IMG/VR virus record: IMGVR_UViG_3300042898_002099
Reading direction: 5' to 3' (one strand)
Length of the DNA: 64,000 nucleotides
Origin: a virus
Shown: in pieces, positions 31,933 to 41,815 of the stretch
How positions within the stretch are numbered: the stretch's first letter is position 1
How the letters are laid out: each line of letters starts with the position of its first letter
Made by a program: the position numbers and the translations under genes
The notes under the pieces: model-generated
The model's database searches: none
What the model saw: only the letters and a program-made list of their open reading frames with translations
Told to the model about the DNA's origin: nothing

Positions 31933-34464
31933 TTAACCTAGATTTACCAATTTATTGTATTTAGATTGATGGTTCACAAATGTTTGAACACTTGCGCCCC
32001 TTGATTGTACCAATGCGCCTTTGTCAGATAAGAACGCAACGTGTATCCATGCAACTCTAATTTTATCTGTGCCGGCATATGTTTCATATTCTAAAAGAAC
32101 TTGTCTGTGAGGAACATTTGCTGTAATCCATGCGGCAATATCTTTAATATCGCTAATTTTTCTATTTGGCCAAACTAAATCTGCAGCAGCACCTATTCCA
32201 TGATCACTACCATTTGTGCCAATTCTAAAACCGCTACTAATAATCATACCTGGATATTTTGCATTAATCGGCTCTAAAACATTTTCCGCCAACTGTATTA
32301 GATTACAAACAATATCTTGCTCCTGTAATCCTCGTTGTGCTTGTAAGGCTGGTCCAAATTTCCCAACTAACAAATTACCAAGTGTAAACGATTTTGATAA
32401 TTTAAATGATCGAGGAAAACTGTTATTAAACTTAGTGCATATCTCACAATCTGCTTGTAATATTTTTGCGTTTGATACTACACCAATGCTTCTAGCAAAC
32501 AAGTCTCCTGCTTTAGGAGTTAGTTGAATATTATTTGATATTTCACCTGCCGCTTCTCTTTGTTTATTATATGCATCTGCTTCTGGCTCGCCGGAATCTA
32601 ATAAGAATGAATCATCATTTAAAGCTTTTCTTTGTAATACTGGTATTTGTGTAGTGTTGGGTGTCTTCTTTGTTGGTGGTGTTAATACACTTAATGCAAT
32701 TGCTTTTATAATATTTGCACCCATTTTTGTTTTTACTATTGCAGCATCAATTAATACTGTTAATCCACCCTTCAAACTTAATGTGCCAGTAGAACTAGAC
32801 TGAAGATTTAAATCTGAACTAGATTTAATATTAATTGCTCCACCACTAGATCTCATACTTATGCTTTTGCCTTGTATGTTGATAGCTCCTTCTGATGCAA
32901 TATCTAAACCTTTTTTTGCAGTTACAATTGCTGTATCTGCAACTACAGCTATGTTGCCTGCGGATTGAACTAAAGTATCGCCGCGCCCTGTTACTGACAA
33001 ATCACCTTCTACTTCTATAACAGCATTGTCCTTAACTAATATACTTGTTTTGCCTTCCACGGTTAAACAATGCGCACCCTTAACATAAACAAAATTATTA
33101 CGATCCATTATCTCATAATTTTCGCCTACTGTTTTCCTGACCATTGACCCATTTACATCTATTTCAATATAGGTTCCTTTTTTGTGGAATACCTGTATTC
33201 TTTCAGCGTTAGGTGTACTATCTATTTCTATAACATGACCAGCTTCTGTTTCTATTACTTGATTATATGGGTAATTGCCCGCAAATGCTGGATCAGGCTC
33301 ATCCCAAGTTTGAGATGTTCTAGCCAATTGTATATTTTCTATCTTATTATTTTCTTTTACCTGAAAAGATAAATGAGACCTATCACCTACTGCAAGTTTA
33401 TTAACATCGGATAACCCGGCATACTCAAATTTTGGATATTTTTTATTGGGATCTTCAAACCCCTTTGCCTTAGCTAAATCTTCATTATTTAATGTAGATG
33501 TATTTGGTAAATAGTTACCCGCTTCTTCATATGTTCTAAAAAACTCTGTAGAGTCACCGCCCAATATAGAATTGCCAACGATAAAAAAGTCTCTTGCCTT
33601 TGTACCAGCATATGTTTTTTTATCTAACTTGTCAGAATTTTTTGCTCCCATTACGTGAGCAGATGCTAACAACCCACCTACAACTTGATAGTTATCTGTT
33701 TCTTTTACCTTGCCCAATCTGACTAACGTATCATAGTTACTTTTCGTATAATCAAACATTGCTGTTTCTTGAACACTTGTACTAGCTAAAAAATCACTTT
33801 TAGATTTTATGCCGCCTTTGTTTGTCCAATTTAAATTGTTGTCTGCTATATCACTAGTGATAATTCCCCCAGGCGGTCTTCGTAAATATCCAAGATCAAT
33901 TAGCGTAGATAGTGATAACTGATATTTTCCCAATTCTCCACTATCACCAACTTTAGTGTAAACACCCGCTGATAAAGTATCGCCTATTGCTTTAGTTAAT
34001 TTTGTTAAGTCTTGAGACTTTAAAGGTAATAAAGTTTCCGTGGCATCTAATTGTACTGCATCATTCTTAATAGCATTGCCCAATGGATCATATACTATAT
34101 TATTTCTACTGTCTTTTAGTGTGTTTGTTTCTATACTTGCTTGAACCTGTTTTGCTTTTGTTTCTGCATTTGACGATGGTTTGCCTGCAATCGTTCCCAT
34201 CATTACAGGTTGTTGTGCCTCCTCACCATCTAAAAACCAACCCACAACCCAAGAGCCAGTTACTATTCCTATCGGTGTTGTTCCAACTCCTGATGCTGCC
34301 GCCGAAGTTATTGGTTGTATAGGTATAGCCCATGGCAAGTCTTTTGTCGGTAATATTGTTATGTCATCAGTGTGGTATCCAAATATTCTAACTCGGCAAC
34401 GACCAAGTTTTTCGGGATCGTCTCTACTCTCAACAACACCTGACCACCAAACCATTTCTTTCAT
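31933..34464 (-). CDS. gp5: Baseplate hub spike: OB fold, lysozyme-like insert, beta-helix and peptidase M15A
   Basis: GVVE.R.DP.KLGR.RVR, YPYNQV.ETEAGH, LGKYQL and SGFR..SDH..AAD..WIHV motifs. Confidence 0.92.
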   Translation of the reverse strand: MKEMVWWSGVVESRDDPEKLGRCRVRIFGYHTDDITILPTKDLPWAIPIQPITSAAASGVGTTPIGIVTGSWVVGWFLDGEEAQQPVMMGTIAGKPSSNAETKAKQVQASIETNTLKDSRNNIVYDPLGNAIKNDAVQLDATETLLPLKSQDLTKLTKAIGDTLSAGVYTKVGDSGELGKYQLSLSTLIDLGYLRRPPGGIITSDIADNNLNWTNKGGIKSKSDFLASTSVQETAMFDYTKSNYDTLVRLGKVKETDNYQVVGGLLASAHVMGAKNSDKLDKKTYAGTKARDFFIVGNSILGGDSTEFFRTYEEAGNYLPNTSTLNNEDLAKAKGFEDPNKKYPKFEYAGLSDVNKLAVGDRSHLSFQVKENNKIENIQLARTSQTWDEPDPAFAGNYPYNQVIETEAGHVIEIDSTPNAERIQVFHKKGTYIEIDVNGSMVRKTVGENYEIMDRNNFVYVKGAHCLTVEGKTSILVKDNAVIEVEGDLSVTGRGDTLVQSAGNIAVVADTAIVTAKKGLDIASEGAINIQGKSISMRSSGGAINIKSSSDLNLQSSSTGTLSLKGGLTVLIDAAIVKTKMGANIIKAIALSVLTPPTKKTPNTTQIPVLQRKALNDDSFLLDSGEPEADAYNKQREAAGEISNNIQLTPKAGDLFARSIGVVSNAKILQADCEICTKFNNSFPRSFKLSKSFTLGNLLVGKFGPALQAQRGLQEQDIVCNLIQLAENVLEPINAKYPGMIISSGFRIGTNGSDHGIGAAADLVWPNRKISDIKDIAAWITANVPHRQVLLEYETYAGTDKIRVAWIHVAFLSDKGALVQSRGASVQTFVNHQSKYNKLVNLG

Positions 34465-35807
34465 TTCTGCACCTCTTTACTTAGAAAAGAATTTCTAGTA
34501 ACATCCATTGTAATATAATGCGTTCTAAGATTGATTTTATGTGATAAACTTGTAATCAAATAGTAACCTGAATACAACAGATCATCTACATATTCAGTTT
34601 TATCTTCTTCAGTTAAGGCTCCGCCTTTTTTCTTTGGCACTCTAACTTGTATAATGTTACCTGCTTCTACATCTGTTCTTCCGGGTATTACCAGTTCCAT
34701 TTTTAAATTATCCAGTTCTACCAAATTTGATCGTCTATTACCAAAGATATTTTTATATTTTACATCAAAATTTTCTGGATTATCATTGTGTAGTTTTGAA
34801 TAACTAAAATTTATATCGACATATGATAATGCGTTTCTTACAATTGCTGGATCAAATATTGGTGTAGATTTTGTCCCATCCATATGATTGTATTTTGAGA
34901 ATTCTGTGCCGTGATCGTAATCAACATTTGTAAATTTTTTATTATATAAATCCACATCGATTATTCTATTGGACAAATAACCAGACATAGAATTATCTAA
35001 CTGATCAAATGATTTACTAACACTTAAATTTTTAATTGCGTACATAGATTTATGCCGCTCATCAGTTGTAAGTGAATTAATAAAAGACTGAGAGTAAATA
35101 TATTCGCCTATACTTAATTCTGCGGGGTTTTTAAATAACGCGCCAATGTTACCAAAATAAAATCCTTTGGTAGTTTCCCAAAATAAGTAATTTGCTGGTT
35201 CATTATTCTTAGGAAAAGTTTTGCTCGCAATCCAATTGATACATTCTACGGGTGTCCATCCTGGACTTACAAATTTTATAGTATTTGATGACTCACCAAA
35301 TATTACTAAAGGTGTTTTTACCTTACCAAGTTCAGAAGTATCTAACGCAACATTTCTATCAGCTTGCATATAATCTAGATATATTCTCGCAACCAATTCT
35401 TCAGGTGTACCTTCAAATCCTTTAAAGATTGGATTGAGTACATCATTAAATGTTTCTATAGATGCAAAATTTAATTGGTATACCAAAGTACTACCATCAT
35501 TATAATATTTTTTGTCTTCTAATCCATATACTTTAAATGCTTTAGATATTGCATCTTTATCATCTAGACTAGGAGTTTTTACTGTTATAATTAAATACTC
35601 TTCACCCAACAACGCAAATTCTTCTGCAAGATTTCTGCTGTCAGATAAAGTTAACGTACCAGATACACCTGGTGCAAATATACTTTCGTAAATATTTAAT
35701 TCAATCAAGTAATCTGTGAGATTGACATACTTACCTTGTGTAATAGATACTAGAACAAGATTTTGTATTAATACTTCACCAGGTGTTTGTAGAACTTCTT
35801 CAAGCAT
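34461..35807 (-). CDS. Baseplate hub protein (gp27-like)
   Basis: IYESIF..G.L...D, YLFWET..GFYF and SGYYLIT.L.H motifs; lies between gp53 and gp5. Confidence 0.75.
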   Translation of the reverse strand: MLEEVLQTPGEVLIQNLVLVSITQGKYVNLTDYLIELNIYESIFAPGVSGTLTLSDSRNLAEEFALLGEEYLIITVKTPSLDDKDAISKAFKVYGLEDKKYYNDGSTLVYQLNFASIETFNDVLNPIFKGFEGTPEELVARIYLDYMQADRNVALDTSELGKVKTPLVIFGESSNTIKFVSPGWTPVECINWIASKTFPKNNEPANYLFWETTKGFYFGNIGALFKNPAELSIGEYIYSQSFINSLTTDERHKSMYAIKNLSVSKSFDQLDNSMSGYLSNRIIDVDLYNKKFTNVDYDHGTEFSKYNHMDGTKSTPIFDPAIVRNALSYVDINFSYSKLHNDNPENFDVKYKNIFGNRRSNLVELDNLKMELVIPGRTDVEAGNIIQVRVPKKKGGALTEEDKTEYVDDLLYSGYYLITSLSHKINLRTHYITMDVTRNSFLSKEVQK

Positions 35808-36415
35808 TATGTTTGTATTAATTTCTTATAGTTAGTTAAAACTTCTTGCACAATTTCCGGTTTTAATATTTTAATATTTCTATAACCTTCATTTTTATTT
35901 TGTTCAATTTCAAAATTACTTTCAAATTGAACTATTGTATTTGAGGTTTGATATGATATTGGTGTATTAATTGCATCAGGATCTGTATCTTCAAATAGTA
36001 TTCTAATTGGGTCTTTATGTGTAGATTCTTCATCAAGAACAAAAAATGTTTCTACCTGATATCCTTTTGCATTTACCGCTCTATTAATAGTAAAAACATT
36101 TTGATCTGATCCATATTTGTCGGAAACAACTTTAAATAAATTTTCTTCAGACAACGGCCATTCAAATCTAGGATCAATTACATTATTAACCATTAATATT
36201 AGCCAATGTAAATTTTGTGTACCATAAAATCTATATGAAATATCTTCGGGAGTTTCGCCGTGAAGAACTTCATAAGTTTCATAGAACGAAGAGTTTTCTT
36301 GATATTCTTTAGATAGTATAACTCTTTTAAAAATGTCTACTACAACCTGTTCGCTGTCATAATCATCTAGTGTATATGATATCCTTGGGAAGCTTTCGAA
36401 AAAATTAGTAGCCAT
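35807..36415 (-). CDS. gp53: Baseplate wedge protein (LysM-like)
   Basis: GETPE.IS..FYG...HWLIL..N...DP..EWP motif. Confidence 0.92.
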   Translation of the reverse strand: MATNFFESFPRISYTLDDYDSEQVVVDIFKRVILSKEYQENSSFYETYEVLHGETPEDISYRFYGTQNLHWLILMVNNVIDPRFEWPLSEENLFKVVSDKYGSDQNVFTINRAVNAKGYQVETFFVLDEESTHKDPIRILFEDTDPDAINTPISYQTSNTIVQFESNFEIEQNKNEGYRNIKILKPEIVQEVLTNYKKLIQT

Positions 36416-37547
36416 TTTCTTCTATTCCTTCAGAAGTCATTTGTTCTAGTTCTTTGAATGTTAAATTAATACCAACTTCAACAGGAGACCCATCTTCAAA
36501 TGTTGCAAATTGATCGCCGCCATACTCTACCGACATATCTGTTAATGCACATTTGGCAAATTTATTAATATAATTATTTTCTTTGTCTTTAAAATAATAT
36601 TGAATATCAAATTCCGATGGATAAATGTAGAATAATTTTCCGCTAGTCAATTCCGGATGCATATGTATTTTAAGCATCTCAATTATTTTAAATACTTTTT
36701 GACTTTCACTTTTATTCTTTGGGAAAAATTTATATCTAAAGTTAAATGTTCTATAATCTACAGATTCAAAAAGAACTTCTCTAAAAGGATTTGTTTTTGT
36801 TCTTGAAGATAACTCTCTCAAATCATTTAAAGTTCCACCAGCACGATTACCTAATTGTGGTAGTTTAACTAATTCGCTCAAGAACCTTGCTTGTATTTCT
36901 TTTGACATATCGCCAAGAGCACCCCTTGTTGCTGCAGCAGACCCTTCGACTAACATACCTGTTAAGGCGCCCATATCCATATCACCATAATTTACACCAT
37001 ATTTTACAGATGGTCTTTCTTCAACGTGTAATGTAATTACTTCTTTTAGCCTTAGTGTTGATCCAGATGAAAATGGTTCATAATTCATTTTATCTATCAT
37101 ATTAGTAATAAGCCTTGCACCGCCACCTGCAATTGCCGATCTTTTTAGTGTGTCAAATATTTTAGATCTCATACCAACACTTGCCAAAAAGGCACCTGCA
37201 GCCGCAATCTTACCCGCGTTGTCTTTTACTGTTGTTACCCCTGCCTCTGCCGCAGATTGCGTTATTCTAGAAGTATTTTCATTTAACGCATCTATTCTTT
37301 TTTGTTCGTCTATACTTACAAGATGATCGGAAAACTGTGCTCTTTTTCCCTGGGTGCTTTTTTCACGTACATTAATGTAAAATGCAACATAATGCTGTAA
37401 ATCCGGTTTTACTCGCAACCCTTCCGGATATTCAAAGGTACCAATATTGTACCCTCGTATTTGATCTTGATTCTTATACGGTGCTTCATTTTGTTTTCTA
37501 CCCTCAGATACTACATCAGAAGGGGGAGTAAATTGAGATTGGGCCAT
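36405..37547 (-). CDS. gp48: Baseplate tail tube cap
   Basis: NPF.E.LF....RTF.F.Y.F.PK and L.FKELE motifs; start placed at ATG 37547, downstream of the late promoter. Confidence 0.85.
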   Translation of the reverse strand: MAQSQFTPPSDVVSEGRKQNEAPYKNQDQIRGYNIGTFEYPEGLRVKPDLQHYVAFYINVREKSTQGKRAQFSDHLVSIDEQKRIDALNENTSRITQSAAEAGVTTVKDNAGKIAAAGAFLASVGMRSKIFDTLKRSAIAGGGARLITNMIDKMNYEPFSSGSTLRLKEVITLHVEERPSVKYGVNYGDMDMGALTGMLVEGSAAATRGALGDMSKEIQARFLSELVKLPQLGNRAGGTLNDLRELSSRTKTNPFREVLFESVDYRTFNFRYKFFPKNKSESQKVFKIIEMLKIHMHPELTSGKLFYIYPSEFDIQYYFKDKENNYINKFAKCALTDMSVEYGGDQFATFEDGSPVEVGINLTFKELEQMTSEGIEENGY

Positions 37548-37556
37548 GTCTGTGGT

Positions 37557-37587
37557 AATAAATATTGTTGGATCATAATTATTTATA
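37557..37587. promoter_or_regulatory. Pair of late promoters serving the divergent gp48 and gp4 genes (TATAAATA minus 37580-37587; AATAAATA plus 37557-37564)
   Basis: Located at the strand switch between gp48 and gp4. Confidence 0.65.
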
Positions 37588-37590
37588 TAG

Positions 37591-38046
37591 ATGACGTATA
37601 CCAAAACCTACAAGGGCAAATTTAGAGTCGATAATCCCGGCAAATATAAGGGCGATATAAGCAATATTGTTTATAGATCTCTATGGGAATTGCGATTTAT
37701 GAAATGGTGCGATAAGAACCAATCTGTAGAGGAATGGGGCTCTGAGACCGTGATTGTGCCCTACATATCGCCGATTGATAGGAAAGCACATAGATATTTT
37801 GTTGACTTTTATGTTAAAGTTAGGAACAAAAATGGTGCTCTTCAGAAGTATCTAATAGAAATTAAGCCCGAGAGGTTCACAAAACCTCCGGCAATACCAA
37901 AGAAAAAGACTAAAAGATTTATAGACGAAGTCTTTCAATATAGCGTAAATGACGCAAAATGGAAAGCTGCTTTTGAATTTTGTAAAGATAGAAACATGAC
38001 TTTTATGATATTAACAGAAAAAGACCTAGGGATAATTAATGGCTGA
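37591..38046 (+). CDS. gp4: Head completion nuclease (TnsA-like)
   Basis: YRSLWE..FM.WCD, HRYFVDF, EIKP and N.AKW.AA motifs. Confidence 0.95.
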   Translation: MTYTKTYKGKFRVDNPGKYKGDISNIVYRSLWELRFMKWCDKNQSVEEWGSETVIVPYISPIDRKAHRYFVDFYVKVRNKNGALQKYLIEIKPERFTKPPAIPKKKTKRFIDEVFQYSVNDAKWKAAFEFCKDRNMTFMILTEKDLGIING

Positions 38047-38614
38047 TAACATTTTTAAAACAGTTAATATGAAAGCTGGCGATGCCCAGAAATCATACAC
38101 TTGGTATAGAAATCAGGTCAGAAACTTAGGTTCTGGCGTGTCGGGTTTACAGTTAATACGTAACGAAACTTTAACTAATAGAATAAAACCGGGTGAAATG
38201 TACTTGTTTATGTATGATCCAAAGCATAAAGATACGTTGCCATACTATGACACAATGCCATTGGTACTTCCTTTTAAACAATTACCCGATGGTTTTTTAG
38301 GTATTAATTTACACTATTTGCCTTATCTAGCTAGATTTAATTTATTGGGCGCACTCAGTAAATTAGCAACAGATAAGAACATGGATGAAAAAACACGAAT
38401 ACAAATTTCGTGGCAAATATTAAACAGTTCTACAAAATATCTAGCCGCAACTGCGTGCGTGAAGCATTATCTAAACGATCATTTAAGAACAAGATTTTTA
38501 AAAATAGATTATCGCGATTGGGTAACAGCGGCAATGTTGCCAGTTGAAAACTTCAAGAAAGCAAAGAAAGAAGTTGTATGGCAAGAAACAAAAAACAAAT
38601 TCAAGTGGTATTAA
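38039..38614 (+). CDS. gp2: DNA end protector protein
   Basis: YDPKHK.TLPYYD..PL and GINLHYL motifs. Confidence 0.95.
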   Translation: MADNIFKTVNMKAGDAQKSYTWYRNQVRNLGSGVSGLQLIRNETLTNRIKPGEMYLFMYDPKHKDTLPYYDTMPLVLPFKQLPDGFLGINLHYLPYLARFNLLGALSKLATDKNMDEKTRIQISWQILNSSTKYLAATACVKHYLNDHLRTRFLKIDYRDWVTAAMLPVENFKKAKKEVVWQETKNKFKWY

Positions 38615-39322
38615 ATGGCTAATTTTTCTCTAAAACGATTTCAAGCGGAAGTAAGACAACGAGGTCTTGCTAAACAAAACAGATTTGAAATACTGTTTCC
38701 TATACCTGCAGGATTACAAAGAGTATTTAAAGATATTCAAATTGTAAATATGTTCTGCGAATCTACAAGTTTACCGCCTCAAAATATAAGCGTTAAAACT
38801 CAAAGAATTTACGGGCCGGTTTATCAGAGGCCTGTTAGTGCGGACTACGGCGGAGAAGGTATAACTATGACCTTCTTATTAGATCAGCAAATGGATATTA
38901 AAGCATTATTTGACGCTTGGCTGGGAATCGTTGTTGATCCAAAACAATACTTTGTGCACTATCAAAGCGATTATGTTGTACCTATTGAAATTATGCAACT
39001 TAACGAAAAAGATGAAATAACATATTCTGCATTGTTAGAAGATGCTTTTCCTAGAAACTATACGTTACTCGAATTGAATCAAAGTTCAACAAATAGCTTT
39101 CATAAACTAAGTGTAACCTTTGTTTATAGAAGATGGTCGCCTAACCACAGAATAACAAATGGTATAACATATTCTGATATTATGGCTTCAATCACACCTA
39201 CAGTAATTGGATCTGTACCAAATCCTGCATATGGTTTAGAGAAAGAACAGGGATGGTATTCAAGCTCAAGAGTAACTGCACCTAAACCGCAAACTGAAGA
39301 TATGATAAATGGACTTTTATAA
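38615..39322 (+). CDS. Baseplate tail tube initiator (gp54-like, gp19 paralog)
   Basis: GLAKQNRF, C....LP, AFP and VTF.YR.W motifs. Confidence 0.8.
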   Translation: MANFSLKRFQAEVRQRGLAKQNRFEILFPIPAGLQRVFKDIQIVNMFCESTSLPPQNISVKTQRIYGPVYQRPVSADYGGEGITMTFLLDQQMDIKALFDAWLGIVVDPKQYFVHYQSDYVVPIEIMQLNEKDEITYSALLEDAFPRNYTLLELNQSSTNSFHKLSVTFVYRRWSPNHRITNGITYSDIMASITPTVIGSVPNPAYGLEKEQGWYSSSRVTAPKPQTEDMINGLL

Positions 39323-39338
39323 TTAAACTGGAGAAATT

Positions 39339-40031
39339 ATGGCATTACCTAAATTAGAAACCCCAACATATGAATTGATTTTACCCTCTAGCGGAGAAAA
39401 AATTAAATACAGACCATTCTTAGTTAAAGAATATAAAATACTTCTTACGGCTTTAGAATCAGATGGTGAGGAGATACACAGGATTATAACAGAGTTGGTT
39501 GATGTTTGCACATTCAATAAACTAAAGATAGACACACTACCAAATTTTGATATTGAATATATTTTCTTAAATTTAAGAGCTAAGTCTGTAGGTGAAAATA
39601 CTAATCTAACATTACAATGTAATAATTGCGAAAACAAAATAAATTTTGAATTGGATATTACCAAAGCAGAAGTTAAAAAAGATCCAGCACATACTACAAA
39701 GATATTGATATCGGATAAAATTGGATTGGAAATGCGATATCCAAAATTTGACGAAATGATTATAATATATCAAAATTTTAAATCTGAAAGTGTTGTTGAG
39801 CTTCTTTGCTCTTGTATTAAGTCTGTTTATACTGACGAACAATTATACGATGATTATACTAAAGAAGAATTAATAGAATTTGTTAACTCTTTTTCAAAGA
39901 ATCAATTTTCAATGCTAGAACAATTCTTTATCACTATGCCAAAAGTAGTACAACATATTGAACAAGATTGTCCAGCATGCGGTGCCCACAACGAATTAAA
40001 TCTGGAGGGCCTGCAGAATTTTTTCGTCTAA
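39339..40031 (+). CDS. gp26: Baseplate hub assembly chaperone
   Basis: MALPK, YRPFLVKE.K, D.EY.FL.LRAKSVGE, two CxxC and terminal GLQNFF. Confidence 0.93.
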   Translation: MALPKLETPTYELILPSSGEKIKYRPFLVKEYKILLTALESDGEEIHRIITELVDVCTFNKLKIDTLPNFDIEYIFLNLRAKSVGENTNLTLQCNNCENKINFELDITKAEVKKDPAHTTKILISDKIGLEMRYPKFDEMIIIYQNFKSESVVELLCSCIKSVYTDEQLYDDYTKEELIEFVNSFSKNQFSMLEQFFITMPKVVQHIEQDCPACGAHNELNLEGLQNFFV

Positions 40032-40210
40032 CTCTTTCACACGAAGGTCTGGTTAACTATTATCAATTAAATTTTTCGCTTATCAATAATCACAATTATT
40101 CGTTATCCGAATTAGAAAATATGATTCCGTGGGAAAGAGATATTTACGTTACTATGTTAATAAATTATGTCAATGAACAAAATGAGAAACTTAAACACAA
40201 AAAAATCTAG
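40025..40210 (+). CDS. gp51: Baseplate hub assembly catalyst, probably expressed as a -1 frameshift extension of gp26
   Basis: NYY..NF.L...H.YSL.ELENMIPWERDIY motif; no ATG before 40121; slippery T TTT TTC at 40019-40025. Confidence 0.8.
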   Translation, partial: RLTLSHEGLVNYYQLNFSLINNHNYSLSELENMIPWERDIYVTMLINYVNEQNEKLKHKKI

Positions 40211-40218
40211 GCAAATAA

Positions 40219-41772
40219 ATGTTACCTCAAAACTCGTTAAGCAATTCTGATAGACAAATATTAGATACAATAAAATCTCAGAATACGCATCTTGATGCTC
40301 AGACTAGAGTGTTGCATACTTTGTCTGATTCTATAATGAGCTTTAAACGAGATCAAAAGAAAGATTATAATTCTTTGCGTAATGATATAAAAACTATGCA
40401 AAGAGAGTTCTTTACTGGCAATGCAAAGGGAATGACTGATATTAAGAAATATTTTGAAAAGACTAAGAATACCAGACCAGAAACATCATTCAATAAAGAA
40501 AAAGATACTGATAAAGGTTTCTTCAAATCTGCAATAAACAAGTTATTTGGACCATCTAAGTATCAACAAAAGATGATGGATGAAATTTCAATGGTTAGAG
40601 AAATTTCTGAAATACAAGCAACAGACATTGGTTTTATTAAAAAACAATATGAAGAAGGTCCTCGCGCGCGAGAAAGAGAATTGTTGGCACAAGCTATTGC
40701 TAGTAAATTAGATTTAAATGGTGGCGACAGCAGTAAGGGTATGTTGGGAATGTTAGGCGCTGGTATTATAAGTGCTCTTGGTGGTATTTTAGGAAGTCTT
40801 GGTGGTATCATTACGGCAGCAATTGCAGCAGGTTTTGCAATACTAAAAGGATTAATTGAAGCATTATTAGGATCTAAAGGATTGCCTGGAGGGTTGCCCG
40901 ACGACGCTGATCGTAATAAAAAGGGAAAAGATGGCAGAGGCCCAATACCCACGGAAGAACCTGGTAAAGTGCCTACACCTGGCGGCCCTATACCTTCACC
41001 TACACCTGGTGGTGGTTCTTCTTCTCCTAGATTACCTGGCCCTAACGTTCCTCAATTACCTGGGCCAGAAAAAACCGGTAACCCAATAGAAGACAGAATG
41101 CGAGAACGTGCACAGCAAAGAGCAGGTGGAGTCACGGACGTAAAACAAAAAATGCCGGGTATGCCTGGTAAGGCCAAGTTAGCATTAGGTACAGGCATAC
41201 TGTCAAGATTATTTGCGGGTTTGTATTCTGGCGATTTGAATGCAAATGATGAAGAAGAATTAAGAAAACGTCAAGAAAAAGGACCAACAATTGATCCAGC
41301 TAGCTTAGCTGCCACAGAAGATTTAACCGGTATACTACAAGCAAATACTGAAAAGACAGTTGAGAGTTCAGATAATATTAATGGCGCCCTAAAGACTGTC
41401 ATCGAAGGTTTAATAAATTTTGAACAGCAAGTAGAAGAAGTGGCTGAGGCTTTTGGTAAAGGTGTAATGGAAAAAGCAATACCTTTTTTGGATAAAGCTG
41501 GAGAAATTACTTTATCTAATGGTCAGTCTATAAATTTATTACCAAATTTAGGAACATCTGCTGCTGAAGTATTAGACCAAATGTATGAAGAAACAAAAGG
41601 CTATGCCAAGGCAGGTATGGAGGCAACGGCACCCATTATCAATAATATAGTAAATCAAATGACGCCAACCAGCCCAGTATCAATGCCAATGGTTGCGGCA
41701 ACAGCAGTCGCGGCAGGTGCAGGTATAACAGCTATATCTCGATATCGCAACCGCGGTGGCCGTATAAGATAG
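40219..41772 (+). CDS. Putative tape measure / hub protein (gp29-like)
   Basis: Follows gp26/51; helical with a Gly-rich hydrophobic segment and a Pro-rich linker. Confidence 0.6.
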   Translation: MLPQNSLSNSDRQILDTIKSQNTHLDAQTRVLHTLSDSIMSFKRDQKKDYNSLRNDIKTMQREFFTGNAKGMTDIKKYFEKTKNTRPETSFNKEKDTDKGFFKSAINKLFGPSKYQQKMMDEISMVREISEIQATDIGFIKKQYEEGPRARERELLAQAIASKLDLNGGDSSKGMLGMLGAGIISALGGILGSLGGIITAAIAAGFAILKGLIEALLGSKGLPGGLPDDADRNKKGKDGRGPIPTEEPGKVPTPGGPIPSPTPGGGSSSPRLPGPNVPQLPGPEKTGNPIEDRMRERAQQRAGGVTDVKQKMPGMPGKAKLALGTGILSRLFAGLYSGDLNANDEEELRKRQEKGPTIDPASLAATEDLTGILQANTEKTVESSDNINGALKTVIEGLINFEQQVEEVAEAFGKGVMEKAIPFLDKAGEITLSNGQSINLLPNLGTSAAEVLDQMYEETKGYAKAGMEATAPIINNIVNQMTPTSPVSMPMVAATAVAAGAGITAISRYRNRGGRIR

Positions 41773-41773
41773 G

Positions 41774-41796
41774 AATAGGGCCATAAAGGCCCTATT
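41774..41796. terminator. Hairpin between convergent genes
   Basis: AATAGGGCC-ATAAA-GGCCCTATT, a perfect 9-bp stem. Confidence 0.75.
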
Positions 41797-41815
41797 GGTA
41801 ATTAGACTTAACTAA

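Noticed and set aside
37548-37604. Upstream TTG extension of gp48
   Set aside because: Overlaps gp4 and the late promoter; ATG 37547 is more plausible
37591-38046. TnsA-like nuclease as a transposon gene
   Set aside because: It is the core head completion protein gp4 in normal synteny
39968-40024. TTG start at 39968 for gp51 (MSSMRCPQ...)
   Set aside because: Lies inside gp26 with no evident SD and gives a non-conserved N-terminus; a frameshift explains the ORF better
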